Made by a program: the position numbers and the translations under genes
The notes under the pieces: generated by a model
Told to the model about the DNA's origin: nothing
Database searches by the model: none
The model's input: only the letters and a program-made list of their open reading frames with translations
Source of the DNA: a virus
DNA length: 64,000 nucleotides
Virus record (IMG/VR): IMGVR_UViG_3300024308_000006
Location: 1 to 64,000 of that record
Strand: one strand, 5' to 3'
Shown here: positions 25,644 through 34,929 of the stretch, piece after piece
How positions within the stretch are numbered: the stretch's first letter is position 1
Layout of the letters: each line of letters opens with the position of its first letter

Positions 25644-26819
25644 TCAGGTTACTGCTGTTGTCAATCGGCGATCCAGCACTACAGACGTGCCGCGCTGGCC
25701 AGCGATCCCAGCCATCACGCCTGCATGCACCTCGGCCAGGTCGCCGCCACTGGTGCCCATGACATAGCCGTTCTCGGCCAGCCACACAGCCACAGGCGAT
25801 CCGCCTGGAGAGGCGTTGCTGCCGACCACCTCGGCAGGGACAAGGATCGCGCTGCCGGGGATCGGCGCGCGCGACGCCTTGCGGGAAAGACTCAGGGCGC
25901 CCGGCTCCGCCCCAGCAAGGAAGGCGACGTGATCGACCTGCCCGACCCAAATACCACCATCGACGGGTTGCACGAAGGTGATGCGCTGCGGCATCTGCAC
26001 GAAACCATGACGCTCATCGTGCAGATGGTAGGCCAGCGCTTCCGACCAGCGCAGCACGTTGCCGTTGGCGACCAGCAGGCGGCCGCGCCAGTATTTCAGA
26101 TACTTGCCAGTGGGCATGGGCGACAGGTGGCGGAACTGCGCCGGCCGGCCAAGATCCGGCAGCAAAGGCAGGCGGATGCTAGGCGACGCCAGAGCGTAGT
26201 CGCCGGCCAGCAACAGCTCGCCACCGTTCTGCCTGGTCAGGTACAGCCGCGCGCCGGTCACGCTGGCATCCAGGCACATCGGCAAGGTGACGGATAGAGC
26301 GCCCGCATCGCCCACCTCAGTAAACGCGATCTCCGACTGTGCCGACTCCTGCGCTCCGCGCAGCCAGGCCACTGCCACGCCGTAGGTGCCGGCCGGCAGC
26401 GATCCGCTCTCAGCCATCACGAACGGCGGCGCCGGGGTGTCCAGGGTCAAGCGCTGGGCTACGCTGCCGTCGAAGGTGAAGATTCCGGCCGGCGCCGCGA
26501 CAACCACCTGGTTGTTCAGCACCTCATGCGCAGCATCGCCCTCGCCCACGGCGGCCAGCACCCGATGCAGCCAGGTGGACGGATCGACCTTCACCCAGTC
26601 AGTGCCCAGCGTGGCAAAGGTGTCTCCATGCAGCGGGCTCTGCCACAGGTTGCGGTAGCGCTGCGCCGTGACCAGGCGAGCGCCTGGGCGAATCTCGGCC
26701 TTGCCAGCCGGGGTCACGTTGACGTTCAGCGCATCGCGCACAAACAGGCGCTCGCCCTGCAGTGCGGCGTCTTCGCCGACGTTGTTGATGCCGGCCAGCG
26801 GCATGATCGGAGTGTCCAT
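25644..26819 (-). CDS. Virion protein, 391 aa
   Basis: The start at 26819 (MDTPIMPLAG...) overlaps the stop of the 899-aa gene (TGATG). The longer track ORF (to 27140) overlaps that gene. Confidence 0.65.
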   Translation of the reverse strand: MDTPIMPLAGINNVGEDAALQGERLFVRDALNVNVTPAGKAEIRPGARLVTAQRYRNLWQSPLHGDTFATLGTDWVKVDPSTWLHRVLAAVGEGDAAHEVLNNQVVVAAPAGIFTFDGSVAQRLTLDTPAPPFVMAESGSLPAGTYGVAVAWLRGAQESAQSEIAFTEVGDAGALSVTLPMCLDASVTGARLYLTRQNGGELLLAGDYALASPSIRLPLLPDLGRPAQFRHLSPMPTGKYLKYWRGRLLVANGNVLRWSEALAYHLHDERHGFVQMPQRITFVQPVDGGIWVGQVDHVAFLAGAEPGALSLSRKASRAPIPGSAILVPAEVVGSNASPGGSPVAVWLAENGYVMGTSGGDLAEVHAGVMAGIAGQRGTSVVLDRRLTTAVT

Positions 26820-29518
26820 CAGAAGGCTCCTTTGCGGTGTTGGTCGGAGTTTCCGTCCGGCCTTATGTACTGGCGCAGCACGCGCGCGTCGTGATAGCCG
26901 AATCGAGCAGAGCTGTGTCCTTGCGTCACGATCCGGCGACTCGGGTACTTCTCGATTTCGCGGCGGGTAACGCGCATGCGAGCCGCAAAGTCGTTGATGT
27001 CGTAGCCAATGACCAGGCCATCGAAGCCCTGTATGCGCGCCTCGCGGACGCGATACGAGACAAACGCCGTGCCGTAGATGTCCGCTCGGTATCCGGCGGG
27101 GATTGTCGGCATCAGCGGCCCGACACGCAGCCCTTGCCACATATAGGGATTGTCCCCCACCAGGCGCGATCCCATGCGCTCGGCCAGGAAACCGGACGCG
27201 CTGACGGTTCGATTCTTGTGTTCCACTCGCGGCGCATTGAAGCCGGTGAAGCTGTAGCCTCCTGCGATCTGTGTCTGGATGCCGCGCGGAGGGCCGAAAG
27301 CTGCTTTTGCTGTGCCGAACAGAGTCGCCAGGAACGGCAGGTAGAAAGTCAGCTCAACCGTGCCAGGCACCATAGTCCGCCCCATGCGCAGGGAGTTGAT
27401 GCCGGCCGGCGCCACCACTGTCCGCCTGTTCTGCACCCTTGGGCTGGGCATCTCGTTGTTGTAAAGGGTATGCACCCACGGGATTCCGCTGGCCGGGAGA
27501 CTGCGATGCTGGTTGTTCACCTGCGCATTACCCCACTGCACATCGGCGCCTCCCGCTCGGCGCCCGTCAATGACATGCAGCGGCCTGCCTGTGATGTTTG
27601 GGTGGTTCTCCATCGCCTGAGCCGGCGCCTCGGTCATCGCGTAGATAGTGAACGGGGACATCCTGTGCAATGGGTCGATCCTGTTCTCGTAAGGCGCCTT
27701 GATCGCGTACTTATCTTCGGGGTGTGTGAGCTTGATGTAGCGAATGCGCGCCTCCACGCGCGGCGATGCCACCGCCACCAGGTTGTGGTAGCTGAACTCA
27801 ATGCGGATCACGTTGGATGTAACTCGCGCCATGCCCCACAAGGTCGCTGGGTCTTCCGACTTTGCGTATAGCACGCTCTGGTTCATTGCCGGCTCCGGCA
27901 CCTGCAGCCTTGGATCTACCTCGATGCCATTGCCGTCGCCTTCGGCGCCCGTGAGCGGATTAACCGGCCCGCGTAGGCTGATGGTCTGCTCGGTGTAGGG
28001 CGGGGCGCCGGTTTTTGTCACCTTGAGCTTGTCGCTGATCACGGCCGAACTGATCCCGGCCAGCGGCAGAGCGCGGTCGCGGTAGGCGATACCTGGGCGC
28101 GGAATGATTTGTGTGAATGCTTCGCCGGTGGTCACGCGCCGCCATTGCAGGCGCACCAGGGCAGCGCCGAACTCTTCCGAGTTGCGCCCGCGCGTCACCA
28201 GTTCCGGCGTCAGATTGCGCACGCGCGGTTCGCCGTAGGCATCGGCCAGCGTCCAGCGTGGCGCGATGATGTTGCGGTGAATCGACAGGAAGGACGTGCC
28301 GATCCTGGCCATGTCGGCGCCAATGGGATCAACGTAGCGCCGGCGAAGTTTCAGCTCTGGCAGCGGGATTACTGGCGCCGCAAGGCCCGCTGCGCCCGTC
28401 AGGTCTATCGAGCGCACACCAAAGGCCACCATCGGATAGCCGAACCAGCGGCTGTCCCAGCCGGTGAACTGGAAGTAGCGGCGCGTATTGACCAGCGAAG
28501 GCACGCCAAACAGCTTGGCTTCATAGCCCTTGCCGCCGAGCACGCGAGCGTCATTCAGCACGGTAAGCCAGTTGCTCAGATAGGGCGGCTCGATGCCGGC
28601 CAGCGGCAGGAAGCGCCGCCCGTAGGCCACCATGCCAGCCTTATAGTCGGCCGGCATGCTCGGGGCGGCAATGGAGCCAGGCAGGATCGCCCTGGCGGCG
28701 TTGTAGATGCCCACGTCGCCATAGCGCGCCGCATTCTGGCCGAACACGCTCACCAGGCGATTGCGATTGCTGATGGCCGTCCACTGCGACCACGGCGGCG
28801 GGTTAAGGCCGCTATCCGGGTCGTAGCTCATCGTGACGTACTGCCGCAGGTTCCAGGCTCGCGCCACACCCCAGCGCAGCGCCTCCTGGGTTCCGCCCGT
28901 GGCAAATCCGGCAGGCTGCACGATCTGCCGCAAGTTCCAGATCAGCGCCTGCCCGTAGCCACCTGCAAAGCCCAATGGGTAGAGGCGCTGAATCTCCGGC
29001 ACCACGCGCGTGCCGAACAGCGTCGCCACGAAGCCGACCGGCAGCAGAAAGCGCAGGCCGCCAACCGTATGCGCAGTGGCATACTCCATATGGATGCTGG
29101 CCGGCGTGACATAGCGCTTCGCCAGGGTGAGTCTTGCCGTGCCTATGCCGGCAACTGTTGGCGCAGTCGGCGCCAGGTAGCGCCGGTAGTGCTCCACGCG
29201 CTGCGTGCCGTAGCGATCCGCCACGACACTGGCCGGGCGCGCGTAGGCGTTGCGATTGATGATTGTCGGACGGCCATAGCCATTGGCCGGCGCAATGCCG
29301 CGCCCAGGCAGATCGACAAACAGCGAGGCCAGGCGAATGCTTGTCGCCCCAATCGAAGCCGCGTCGAAACCAGGTGGGAAGGAATACTGATCAGTGCCGA
29401 CCGGAGGGCCGCCGCCAGGAGCGAACTCCAGGGCGACCATGCTGCCGCTGGGTGGCGTATAGCTCCCCGCATTGAAGTCGAGCGCGACCTCATCACCCTG
29501 CGGCGGGACGTAGGACAT
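26819..29518 (-). CDS. Large virion (tail?) protein, 899 aa
   Basis: Long GC3-biased ORF inside the structural block. Confidence 0.75.
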   Translation of the reverse strand: MSYVPPQGDEVALDFNAGSYTPPSGSMVALEFAPGGGPPVGTDQYSFPPGFDAASIGATSIRLASLFVDLPGRGIAPANGYGRPTIINRNAYARPASVVADRYGTQRVEHYRRYLAPTAPTVAGIGTARLTLAKRYVTPASIHMEYATAHTVGGLRFLLPVGFVATLFGTRVVPEIQRLYPLGFAGGYGQALIWNLRQIVQPAGFATGGTQEALRWGVARAWNLRQYVTMSYDPDSGLNPPPWSQWTAISNRNRLVSVFGQNAARYGDVGIYNAARAILPGSIAAPSMPADYKAGMVAYGRRFLPLAGIEPPYLSNWLTVLNDARVLGGKGYEAKLFGVPSLVNTRRYFQFTGWDSRWFGYPMVAFGVRSIDLTGAAGLAAPVIPLPELKLRRRYVDPIGADMARIGTSFLSIHRNIIAPRWTLADAYGEPRVRNLTPELVTRGRNSEEFGAALVRLQWRRVTTGEAFTQIIPRPGIAYRDRALPLAGISSAVISDKLKVTKTGAPPYTEQTISLRGPVNPLTGAEGDGNGIEVDPRLQVPEPAMNQSVLYAKSEDPATLWGMARVTSNVIRIEFSYHNLVAVASPRVEARIRYIKLTHPEDKYAIKAPYENRIDPLHRMSPFTIYAMTEAPAQAMENHPNITGRPLHVIDGRRAGGADVQWGNAQVNNQHRSLPASGIPWVHTLYNNEMPSPRVQNRRTVVAPAGINSLRMGRTMVPGTVELTFYLPFLATLFGTAKAAFGPPRGIQTQIAGGYSFTGFNAPRVEHKNRTVSASGFLAERMGSRLVGDNPYMWQGLRVGPLMPTIPAGYRADIYGTAFVSYRVREARIQGFDGLVIGYDINDFAARMRVTRREIEKYPSRRIVTQGHSSARFGYHDARVLRQYIRPDGNSDQHRKGAF

Positions 29519-29520
29519 GC

Positions 29521-30138
29521 TCAGCCACCAAGCGGCATAGGCTGCACATTGGCAGCTATCACGTCGTTCTGACCATCCAGCCGTCCAATGATGTCGAATT
29601 TAAGATCAGGATTTAGGCCGCTGATGATCCAGGTGCCATCTGCTGCCGACTCGGTGGACGCCACCAGCAGCCCGTCACCTGGCTCTCCACCGGCTGGCCG
29701 GTAATGCGCGCGCACCGTAGCGGCCACTGGAACGCCGTTGAGCGTGGTGATTCCGTCAGGGAAGCTGCCGGACAGGTAGCCGTCACCCTGTAGGAGGTGT
29801 CGCGGGAACGACTCTCCGATGTCGATTGTGTAGGTGCCGGCGCCAGGGATCGCCAGGTACTGAGCATGCACCTTGGCCGGCGGCGTTGCGTCCTCGGCAA
29901 AAACCACCCACCCCGGCTGATCAACCAGCTCCTGACGAAGGATGCTCACGAACGGCGTGAACTCACCCGCCAGCGCCTCCTGCGCGATCTCTCCCTGCCC
30001 GGCGGCGTTGAAGCTCCGGCAGACACGCAGGTACTTCACCCCAGGCGTCACAAGGCCATCGCGGAGAATCCTAAAGCGGATCGAATCCCGAGGGTATGTG
30101 ACCAGGGTTAGGACTGGCGGAACGAAGAATGCAGGCAT
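29521..30138 (-). CDS. Virion protein, 205 aa
   Basis: ORF coupled to the upstream gene by a TAATG overlap. Confidence 0.65.
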   Translation of the reverse strand: MPAFFVPPVLTLVTYPRDSIRFRILRDGLVTPGVKYLRVCRSFNAAGQGEIAQEALAGEFTPFVSILRQELVDQPGWVVFAEDATPPAKVHAQYLAIPGAGTYTIDIGESFPRHLLQGDGYLSGSFPDGITTLNGVPVAATVRAHYRPAGGEPGDGLLVASTESAADGTWIISGLNPDLKFDIIGRLDGQNDVIAANVQPMPLGG

Positions 30139-31187
30139 TACCAGTACGCCGGGTTGTCAGTCACGATAAAAGCCCCGCGCCCGCCGACGTGTGCAATCAG
30201 GGGGAGATACACACTGCCTTCCACCAGCGGAGTCAGATTCAAGATCGTGTCCCCCGTGTAGTCGGAGCTGGTCAGAGCGCCTTCAATTTGCCGCCGCGTC
30301 AGGTTTGAGTAGTTGCGGGCCATCAGATGATCGCGCCGGATTCCCCTGAGTCCAGGCTGCGGCTGGCCTGCGGCCACCCAGCGAACCAGCCCCATCTCGA
30401 TGGATGGCATGACCGAGATCGGGCTGTTGGCCAGATAGGTCAGCATCGAGACCGTAGTGTGAATGGTGTAAACCGCACCACTCTCGTAGGCACTCTCAAG
30501 CAGCGCGCTGATGCCCGTGGTATCCACCAACAGGCCGGACACCGGATTCCTCAGCGTGGTGAAGGCCAGGCGGTCGAAGTAAAGCGAAAGCCGCGTCGAG
30601 TTAGGGGTAGCTCCGCGAAACCCGCCCACAGCGATGTGGTTGCCCCCCAGGTCGTCTCCTACATAGAGCGTTCCATTACCGTTCTGGGCGTCAATTTGGG
30701 TTCCCGACACGCTAGAAGCCGTGTCGGTGAAAGGCGCCTGCATGAAGATGAAGGTTCGCTCATCCGCCAGCATCACCCACCGAGTATTGGCGCCCCAATA
30801 GAAGACATCAGAACCAAAGTACACGGGCAGCGTGGCAGCGCCCGATGTGCCGGAAACCACCCCCTGCCCCTGGGGCACGCCACTTGAGTTGATACCTGTA
30901 TAGGTAGCATGCAGGTAAACGCGAAACGTCCCGTGATAGCCGAGGTTTGACGAGTTCTGGTAGTAGCCACTGCTGATCGTGACGTAGTTGCCAGAGGCGT
31001 TGCGCAGCACCAGGTACTGGTCGCCCTCGTCTACCAACGTCCACCCCGCCGCCAAGCGGGCACCATAGCCGGTCACCAGGCAGGCCTTGAGGATCAGCTT
31101 GTAGTTGTTGAACCGCTGCACCGAGCCAACGGTGGAAATGTAGAACGCCGGCAAACCGGCGTCCTTGGAGCTGTAAACGCTAGGCAT
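30138..31187 (-). CDS. Virion protein, 349 aa (possible fibre or receptor-binding protein)
   Basis: ORF coupled on both sides with slightly lower GC. Function is not recognised. Confidence 0.65.
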   Translation of the reverse strand: MPSVYSSKDAGLPAFYISTVGSVQRFNNYKLILKACLVTGYGARLAAGWTLVDEGDQYLVLRNASGNYVTISSGYYQNSSNLGYHGTFRVYLHATYTGINSSGVPQGQGVVSGTSGAATLPVYFGSDVFYWGANTRWVMLADERTFIFMQAPFTDTASSVSGTQIDAQNGNGTLYVGDDLGGNHIAVGGFRGATPNSTRLSLYFDRLAFTTLRNPVSGLLVDTTGISALLESAYESGAVYTIHTTVSMLTYLANSPISVMPSIEMGLVRWVAAGQPQPGLRGIRRDHLMARNYSNLTRRQIEGALTSSDYTGDTILNLTPLVEGSVYLPLIAHVGGRGAFIVTDNPAYW

Positions 31188-31492
31188 CAGCTAGCCCTGC
31201 CTTCATCTGCGATCAAGCTGGCGTTGCTCGCCAGATTCCCAAGCGGGTCTTCATCCGGCCAGTACCCTTTCTCGCTATGCCACTGGCAATACTCGTCAAA
31301 CAGCTCGGGCTGCGGCTTGAAGCTGGCCATGTTGGTCACGCCATGCCGCTCGGCCATGAACATCTGGAACGCTGGCAGCCCCAGGACGCGACCCCACGGG
31401 ATTGCGGCAGGCATCTGCGTCTTCGCGTCGAAGGCGACAAAGCCTTCCACGCCGACACGGATCGGCTCGGGTTTGGTATCAGCAACACTCAT
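31187..31492 (-). CDS. Hypothetical protein, 101 aa
   Basis: ORF whose ATG overlaps the HNH gene stop (ATGA). Confidence 0.6.
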   Translation of the reverse strand: MSVADTKPEPIRVGVEGFVAFDAKTQMPAAIPWGRVLGLPAFQMFMAERHGVTNMASFKPQPELFDEYCQWHSEKGYWPDEDPLGNLASNASLIADEGRAS

Positions 31493-32178
31493 GCGTTCAA
31501 TTCCTCCAGCCTTCGCAACACTTTCGCGCGCTCGGCTTCATTCAGTGACTCGATCATGTCCATAACCTTGTCCACCAGTCGAACCCCATGGGGGTCTTTC
31601 TTGCTCTGCCCTACGCCTGTCCATAGCTCCAGGTTTTCCGGCCGGTTGTCGTCGCGCTTGCCATTGCGGTGGTGGACACGCTCGCCAGGCATCAGCGGGC
31701 GACCAATCATTTCCTCCATCACCTCGCGGTGCTCGAACACCTGGATGCCATCGACCTTCCGCGCCTTGTAGCCGTCGCGCGTGTAGTAGTAGCCATCAGG
31801 TGTTAGCTCCCTTGGCGGAAGATCAGCGTAGTTCGCTACTAAGCCTGCGCCGCGAGCCCTCATAGAGCAGGAGCGCGAGCAGAAGGCTCTTGCCTTTCCA
31901 TGCGGGCGCTCGAACTCTGTCTTGCACCACTGGCATACCACCTTGCGATCAACGCGCTGCGATGCAGCTCCGCAGGCATGCGAGCAAAACTTCTGCTGTG
32001 CACTGGCTGGCTCGAACTCGATATGGCACTGAAGGCACGACTTCTTCGCCTTCACCCGCGCCGATGACTTGCACGCAATGGAGCAGAACCGCGTGACAGC
32101 TAAACGCGGGCGAAACACGTTTCCGCACCCTTCGCATGCCCTATCAGCCAGAACTCTTTTCTTTCCCATTGGAAGCAC
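31489..32178 (-). CDS. HNH endonuclease with three N-terminal CxxC...CxxxC zinc-ribbon repeats, 229 aa
   Basis: EHREVMEEMIGRPL...ERVHHRNGKRDDNRPENLELW is an HNH (HNH_3-like) core. The repeated CEGCGNVF...CSIAC / CLQCHIEF...CSHAC / CQWCKTEF...CSRSC units are zinc ribbons. An 80-nt AT-rich gap precedes the gene. Confidence 0.85.
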   Translation of the reverse strand: MLPMGKKRVLADRACEGCGNVFRPRLAVTRFCSIACKSSARVKAKKSCLQCHIEFEPASAQQKFCSHACGAASQRVDRKVVCQWCKTEFERPHGKARAFCSRSCSMRARGAGLVANYADLPPRELTPDGYYYTRDGYKARKVDGIQVFEHREVMEEMIGRPLMPGERVHHRNGKRDDNRPENLELWTGVGQSKKDPHGVRLVDKVMDMIESLNEAERAKVLRRLEELNA

Positions 32179-32259
32179 CTCACTTTATGGTTTTCACCAT
32201 TAGCCTGGCGCGATATTTACGAGAAAGCAAATAGTATCGCAAGTCATTGATTTTTCTAC

Positions 32260-32667
32260 TTAAACTTTGAAAATTTTGTTAGTACCGTTATCCCACGTCA
32301 CAATTATGTCGCCGCCGTTCGGTGTAATCGGCAGGCCGGTGGCGGTGTCGATGTAGGCGATCAGCGGGCTGGTCGCCTCGGTTCCGGTGTCGGAATAGAT
32401 GATGATGGCCTCGATGGACGCGCCGGAGACGCTGGTAAAGGTCACGTCCGCTCCGTCTGCTGCGCCGCCCGTGGTGGCCTTGCTGGTCAGCGTGACGGGG
32501 CCAGCGATACGCGCAGAGATCGGGATGTCCGCCAGATACTGGTGAACGGCGGTCTGCGGCGTGTAGGCGCCGGTATCAACCAGGATCACCTTGATGGTGT
32601 CGGTCATCCAGTTGATCTGCGCCTCAAGGAAGCGCTGGCGGGCGAAGTCGAAAAGCGTGTTAGCCAT
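32260..32667 (-). CDS. Virion-module protein, 135 aa
   Basis: I used the ATG at 32667 (MANTLFDF...). The track start at 32694 lies further inside the upstream ORF. Confidence 0.6.
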   Translation of the reverse strand: MANTLFDFARQRFLEAQINWMTDTIKVILVDTGAYTPQTAVHQYLADIPISARIAGPVTLTSKATTGGAADGADVTFTSVSGASIEAIIIYSDTGTEATSPLIAYIDTATGLPITPNGGDIIVTWDNGTNKIFKV

Positions 32668-32842
32668 GAGTGTTCTCCACAGATTCAGGAGCACTCATGC
32701 GCGCCGGGGGCTTGATTGGGGTGTCAAGGGTGGCCTCGATGAGCAGGCGCGCCACCTGGCCGGACTTCTTCTCCAGGCGAATCACGGCATCACCGACGAT
32801 GAGTGCCTGGCCCGGCTTTAGGTCAACGTGCATCTTGGTCAT
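32660..32842 (-). CDS. Small protein, 60 aa, weak CsrA-like pattern
   Basis: The ATGA overlaps the upstream gene. GQALIVGDAVIRLEKKSGQVARLLIEA aligns by eye with CsrA [28 protein letters not shown]. Confidence 0.55.
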   Translation of the reverse strand: MTKMHVDLKPGQALIVGDAVIRLEKKSGQVARLLIEATLDTPIKPPARMSAPESVENTHG

Positions 32843-33516
32843 GGCCAGAACGCCTCCACATGCTGCGGCACGTCCTCACGGGTCGCGCGGCGAAGATCGG
32901 CGCTCGGGCGCAGACCGAAGTAGTCTTCAAAGGCTCGCTCAGCCTGGGCCGAGCGGTTCGGGTCGAATGCTTCCATATCCGGCACGGCGAAGCCCTTGTG
33001 CAGCGCCCACTGGATTAGGTGGCGGTGATGCTCGCGGTGAATCGCCGGCTCGGCGGTGTCCTTGTTGACCAGCGCCATGCCGGCCAGCGGCGTGCGGTAG
33101 CATTCCAGCTTGAGCGTGGCGCCCTGCTCCGGGTTTGGCACTAGGCGCAAGTCGGTGTCGCCCTGGATTGCGTACAGCGGGCGCCCCACTTCGTCGCGCC
33201 AGCCTGGCCGCTCAGCATCCAAGCTCTCAGTGGAGTAGATCAGCAGCACGCCTGGGCGAGAGCCGTCCGCAGGATGCAAGCTCAGGTGAGTGATTTCGTA
33301 CAGTGCCGGGTGCAGCGGGTAGACCGCCTGGCCGGCTGTCACGGCAATCTGGCACACGGCCGCGTCCTGGCTTTCGTGGATCAGTCGCGCGCGAATACAT
33401 GCCTCGCTGACGGCATCATTCAGCCAGGCGGCAATATCCTCGTCGCTCCAGAAATACGGCTCAGCCAGGTCGTGCGCTTCCGTGCGAACGCGGCGGATCA
33501 GCTCGGCCAGGGTCAT
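32839..33516 (-). CDS. Head-tail adaptor or head-completion candidate, 225 aa
   Basis: Called from its position downstream of the capsid-associated genes and its coupled starts and stops. There is no firm motif. Confidence 0.55.
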   Translation of the reverse strand: MTLAELIRRVRTEAHDLAEPYFWSDEDIAAWLNDAVSEACIRARLIHESQDAAVCQIAVTAGQAVYPLHPALYEITHLSLHPADGSRPGVLLIYSTESLDAERPGWRDEVGRPLYAIQGDTDLRLVPNPEQGATLKLECYRTPLAGMALVNKDTAEPAIHREHHRHLIQWALHKGFAVPDMEAFDPNRSAQAERAFEDYFGLRPSADLRRATREDVPQHVEAFWP

Positions 33517-34334
33517 TACTGCGCCCCGAAGCGGGTGATGTGCTGGGTGACGGTTTCGCGCATGTCCTCCAGCTTGTCGCGCATGTTCAGCTTGATGCCG
33601 AACTGAACCAGGGCGAACTCAGCCAGGCCGGCTTTGGTGCTGATCTGATTCATCTGGTCGATTACAGCGAAGTCTTGGCGCTCGGCCTCGCGCTTGTCGC
33701 TGGTCTTTGCGCCCTGCTCCAGTTGCTCGGCGGTGTCGTCACCGGCCGCCACGGCGCCCTCCACCTGCTTGAACAGGTCGAGGTGGCGCAGCAGCTTGCG
33801 GGCGACGATCTGCGGCACGGAGCGCGCCTGGCCCTTGGTGAAGGTCAGGCCGCTGGAATACAGGGTGTCTTGCCAGTAGTCGCGGCGGCCGATGTACTGA
33901 ACGCCGATGTAGCCGGCCTGCACGCCTTCGATAGCCAGGGTCGGCGACGGCAGGCTGGCCAGAGCCTTGGCCACAGCGTCTTCGGCGTCGGGAATATCCT
34001 TGAGCGCATGCACCACGGCGCGGAACAGATAGTCCTTGGCCTTCTGCTCGACGGGCAGCTCCTCGTAGGGCACGCAGCACGGGTGAGTCTTGGCGTCCGG
34101 GTCTTTCACCGCGCCGTACACCCAGCCGTCAGCGATCTTCTGCTCCAGCCAGCTCTCGTGGGCCTGCTCGGGCGTCGCGTCGGGGTTTGCCAGGTGCATC
34201 TCTACGCCGGCAATTGCCGACTGCTGTTGCCACTCAGGCGCATCGGCCCAAGTCGGCTGGGAAAGGTCGCCTTGCGAGGCGCAATAGGCCGCGTTGATCG
34301 CGTGAGCAATGGCGGCAATGGCGGTGATCTTCAT
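33516..34334 (-). CDS. RyR-domain-containing protein, 272 aa
   Basis: HESWLEQKIADGWVYGAVKDPDAKTHPCCVPYEELPVEQKAKDYLFRAVV matches the RyR (PF02026) repeat pattern W..K...GW.YG......K.HP.LVPYEELPE..K..D. Confidence 0.7.
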   Translation of the reverse strand: MKITAIAAIAHAINAAYCASQGDLSQPTWADAPEWQQQSAIAGVEMHLANPDATPEQAHESWLEQKIADGWVYGAVKDPDAKTHPCCVPYEELPVEQKAKDYLFRAVVHALKDIPDAEDAVAKALASLPSPTLAIEGVQAGYIGVQYIGRRDYWQDTLYSSGLTFTKGQARSVPQIVARKLLRHLDLFKQVEGAVAAGDDTAEQLEQGAKTSDKREAERQDFAVIDQMNQISTKAGLAEFALVQFGIKLNMRDKLEDMRETVTQHITRFGAQ

Positions 34335-34354
34335 GGGGAGTCCTACTCCTGCGG

Positions 34355-34385
34355 GATGAGAAAGAGCCGGCGAAGGGCCGGCTCT
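34355..34385 (-). terminator. Intrinsic terminator/attenuator-like hairpin after the 157-aa gene
   Basis: 9-bp stem AGAGCCGGC/GCCGGCTCT (34363-34371 / 34377-34385) with a 5-nt loop, followed on the minus strand by UUCUCAU. Confidence 0.45.
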
Positions 34386-34393
34386 ATCAGGGC

Positions 34394-34867
34394 TTAGCGA
34401 GCGCCGACTTGCTCGCCGTACACCAGCACCTTGATGTCACTGGCCTTGGCATTGGCCGCCACGGCAGTGGTCAGGATCAGGCGTGCCGGCTTGGCCAGGG
34501 TCAGCAGCTTGGTGCCGGTGGCACGCTTGCGGCCGGCAGCAGCCAGGTCGATGCCAGAGCCGAAGTAGGCCGCGTCCTGCGGCGCCTCGGTCGAGTCGGT
34601 GCCGTCTTCGTACTTGAAGCCGAGCGAGCCGGTGATGGTGGCAGTCATGCCAGTGGTGACAATGATCTGTGCGTCATCCAGGCGCAGACCTTCCGGCAGC
34701 GGGCCGAGGTCGATCACGTCACCGACTGCAATCGCGGCAGTCGAGTCGGAATCGGCGGCGGCGCCGCTTGCCAGGGTGGCCAGGGCGAAGGACAGCACGG
34801 ACAGATTGCCGTAGGGGGTGTTGCCGAACTGGCGCTTGAGCGCGCTTTTCAGGGATACGGTAGCCAT
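34394..34867 (-). CDS. Capsid-associated (decoration-like?) protein, 157 aa
   Basis: ORF directly downstream of the major capsid gene, flanked by hairpins on both sides, which suggests high expression. Confidence 0.65.
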   Translation of the reverse strand: MATVSLKSALKRQFGNTPYGNLSVLSFALATLASGAAADSDSTAAIAVGDVIDLGPLPEGLRLDDAQIIVTTGMTATITGSLGFKYEDGTDSTEAPQDAAYFGSGIDLAAAGRKRATGTKLLTLAKPARLILTTAVAANAKASDIKVLVYGEQVGAR

Positions 34868-34895
34868 AAAAGGAGCCTCGTCTGAGTGAAGGAAT

Positions 34896-34913
34896 GGGCG
34901 GGGTTAGCCGCCC
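34896..34913 (-). terminator. Hairpin after the major capsid gene (attenuator-like)
   Basis: GGGCGG-ggttag-CCGCCC, a 6-bp GC stem in the 62-nt gap after the capsid stop. The U-tract is weak. Confidence 0.35.
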
Positions 34914-34929
34914 ATCGCGTCAGGGTGGG

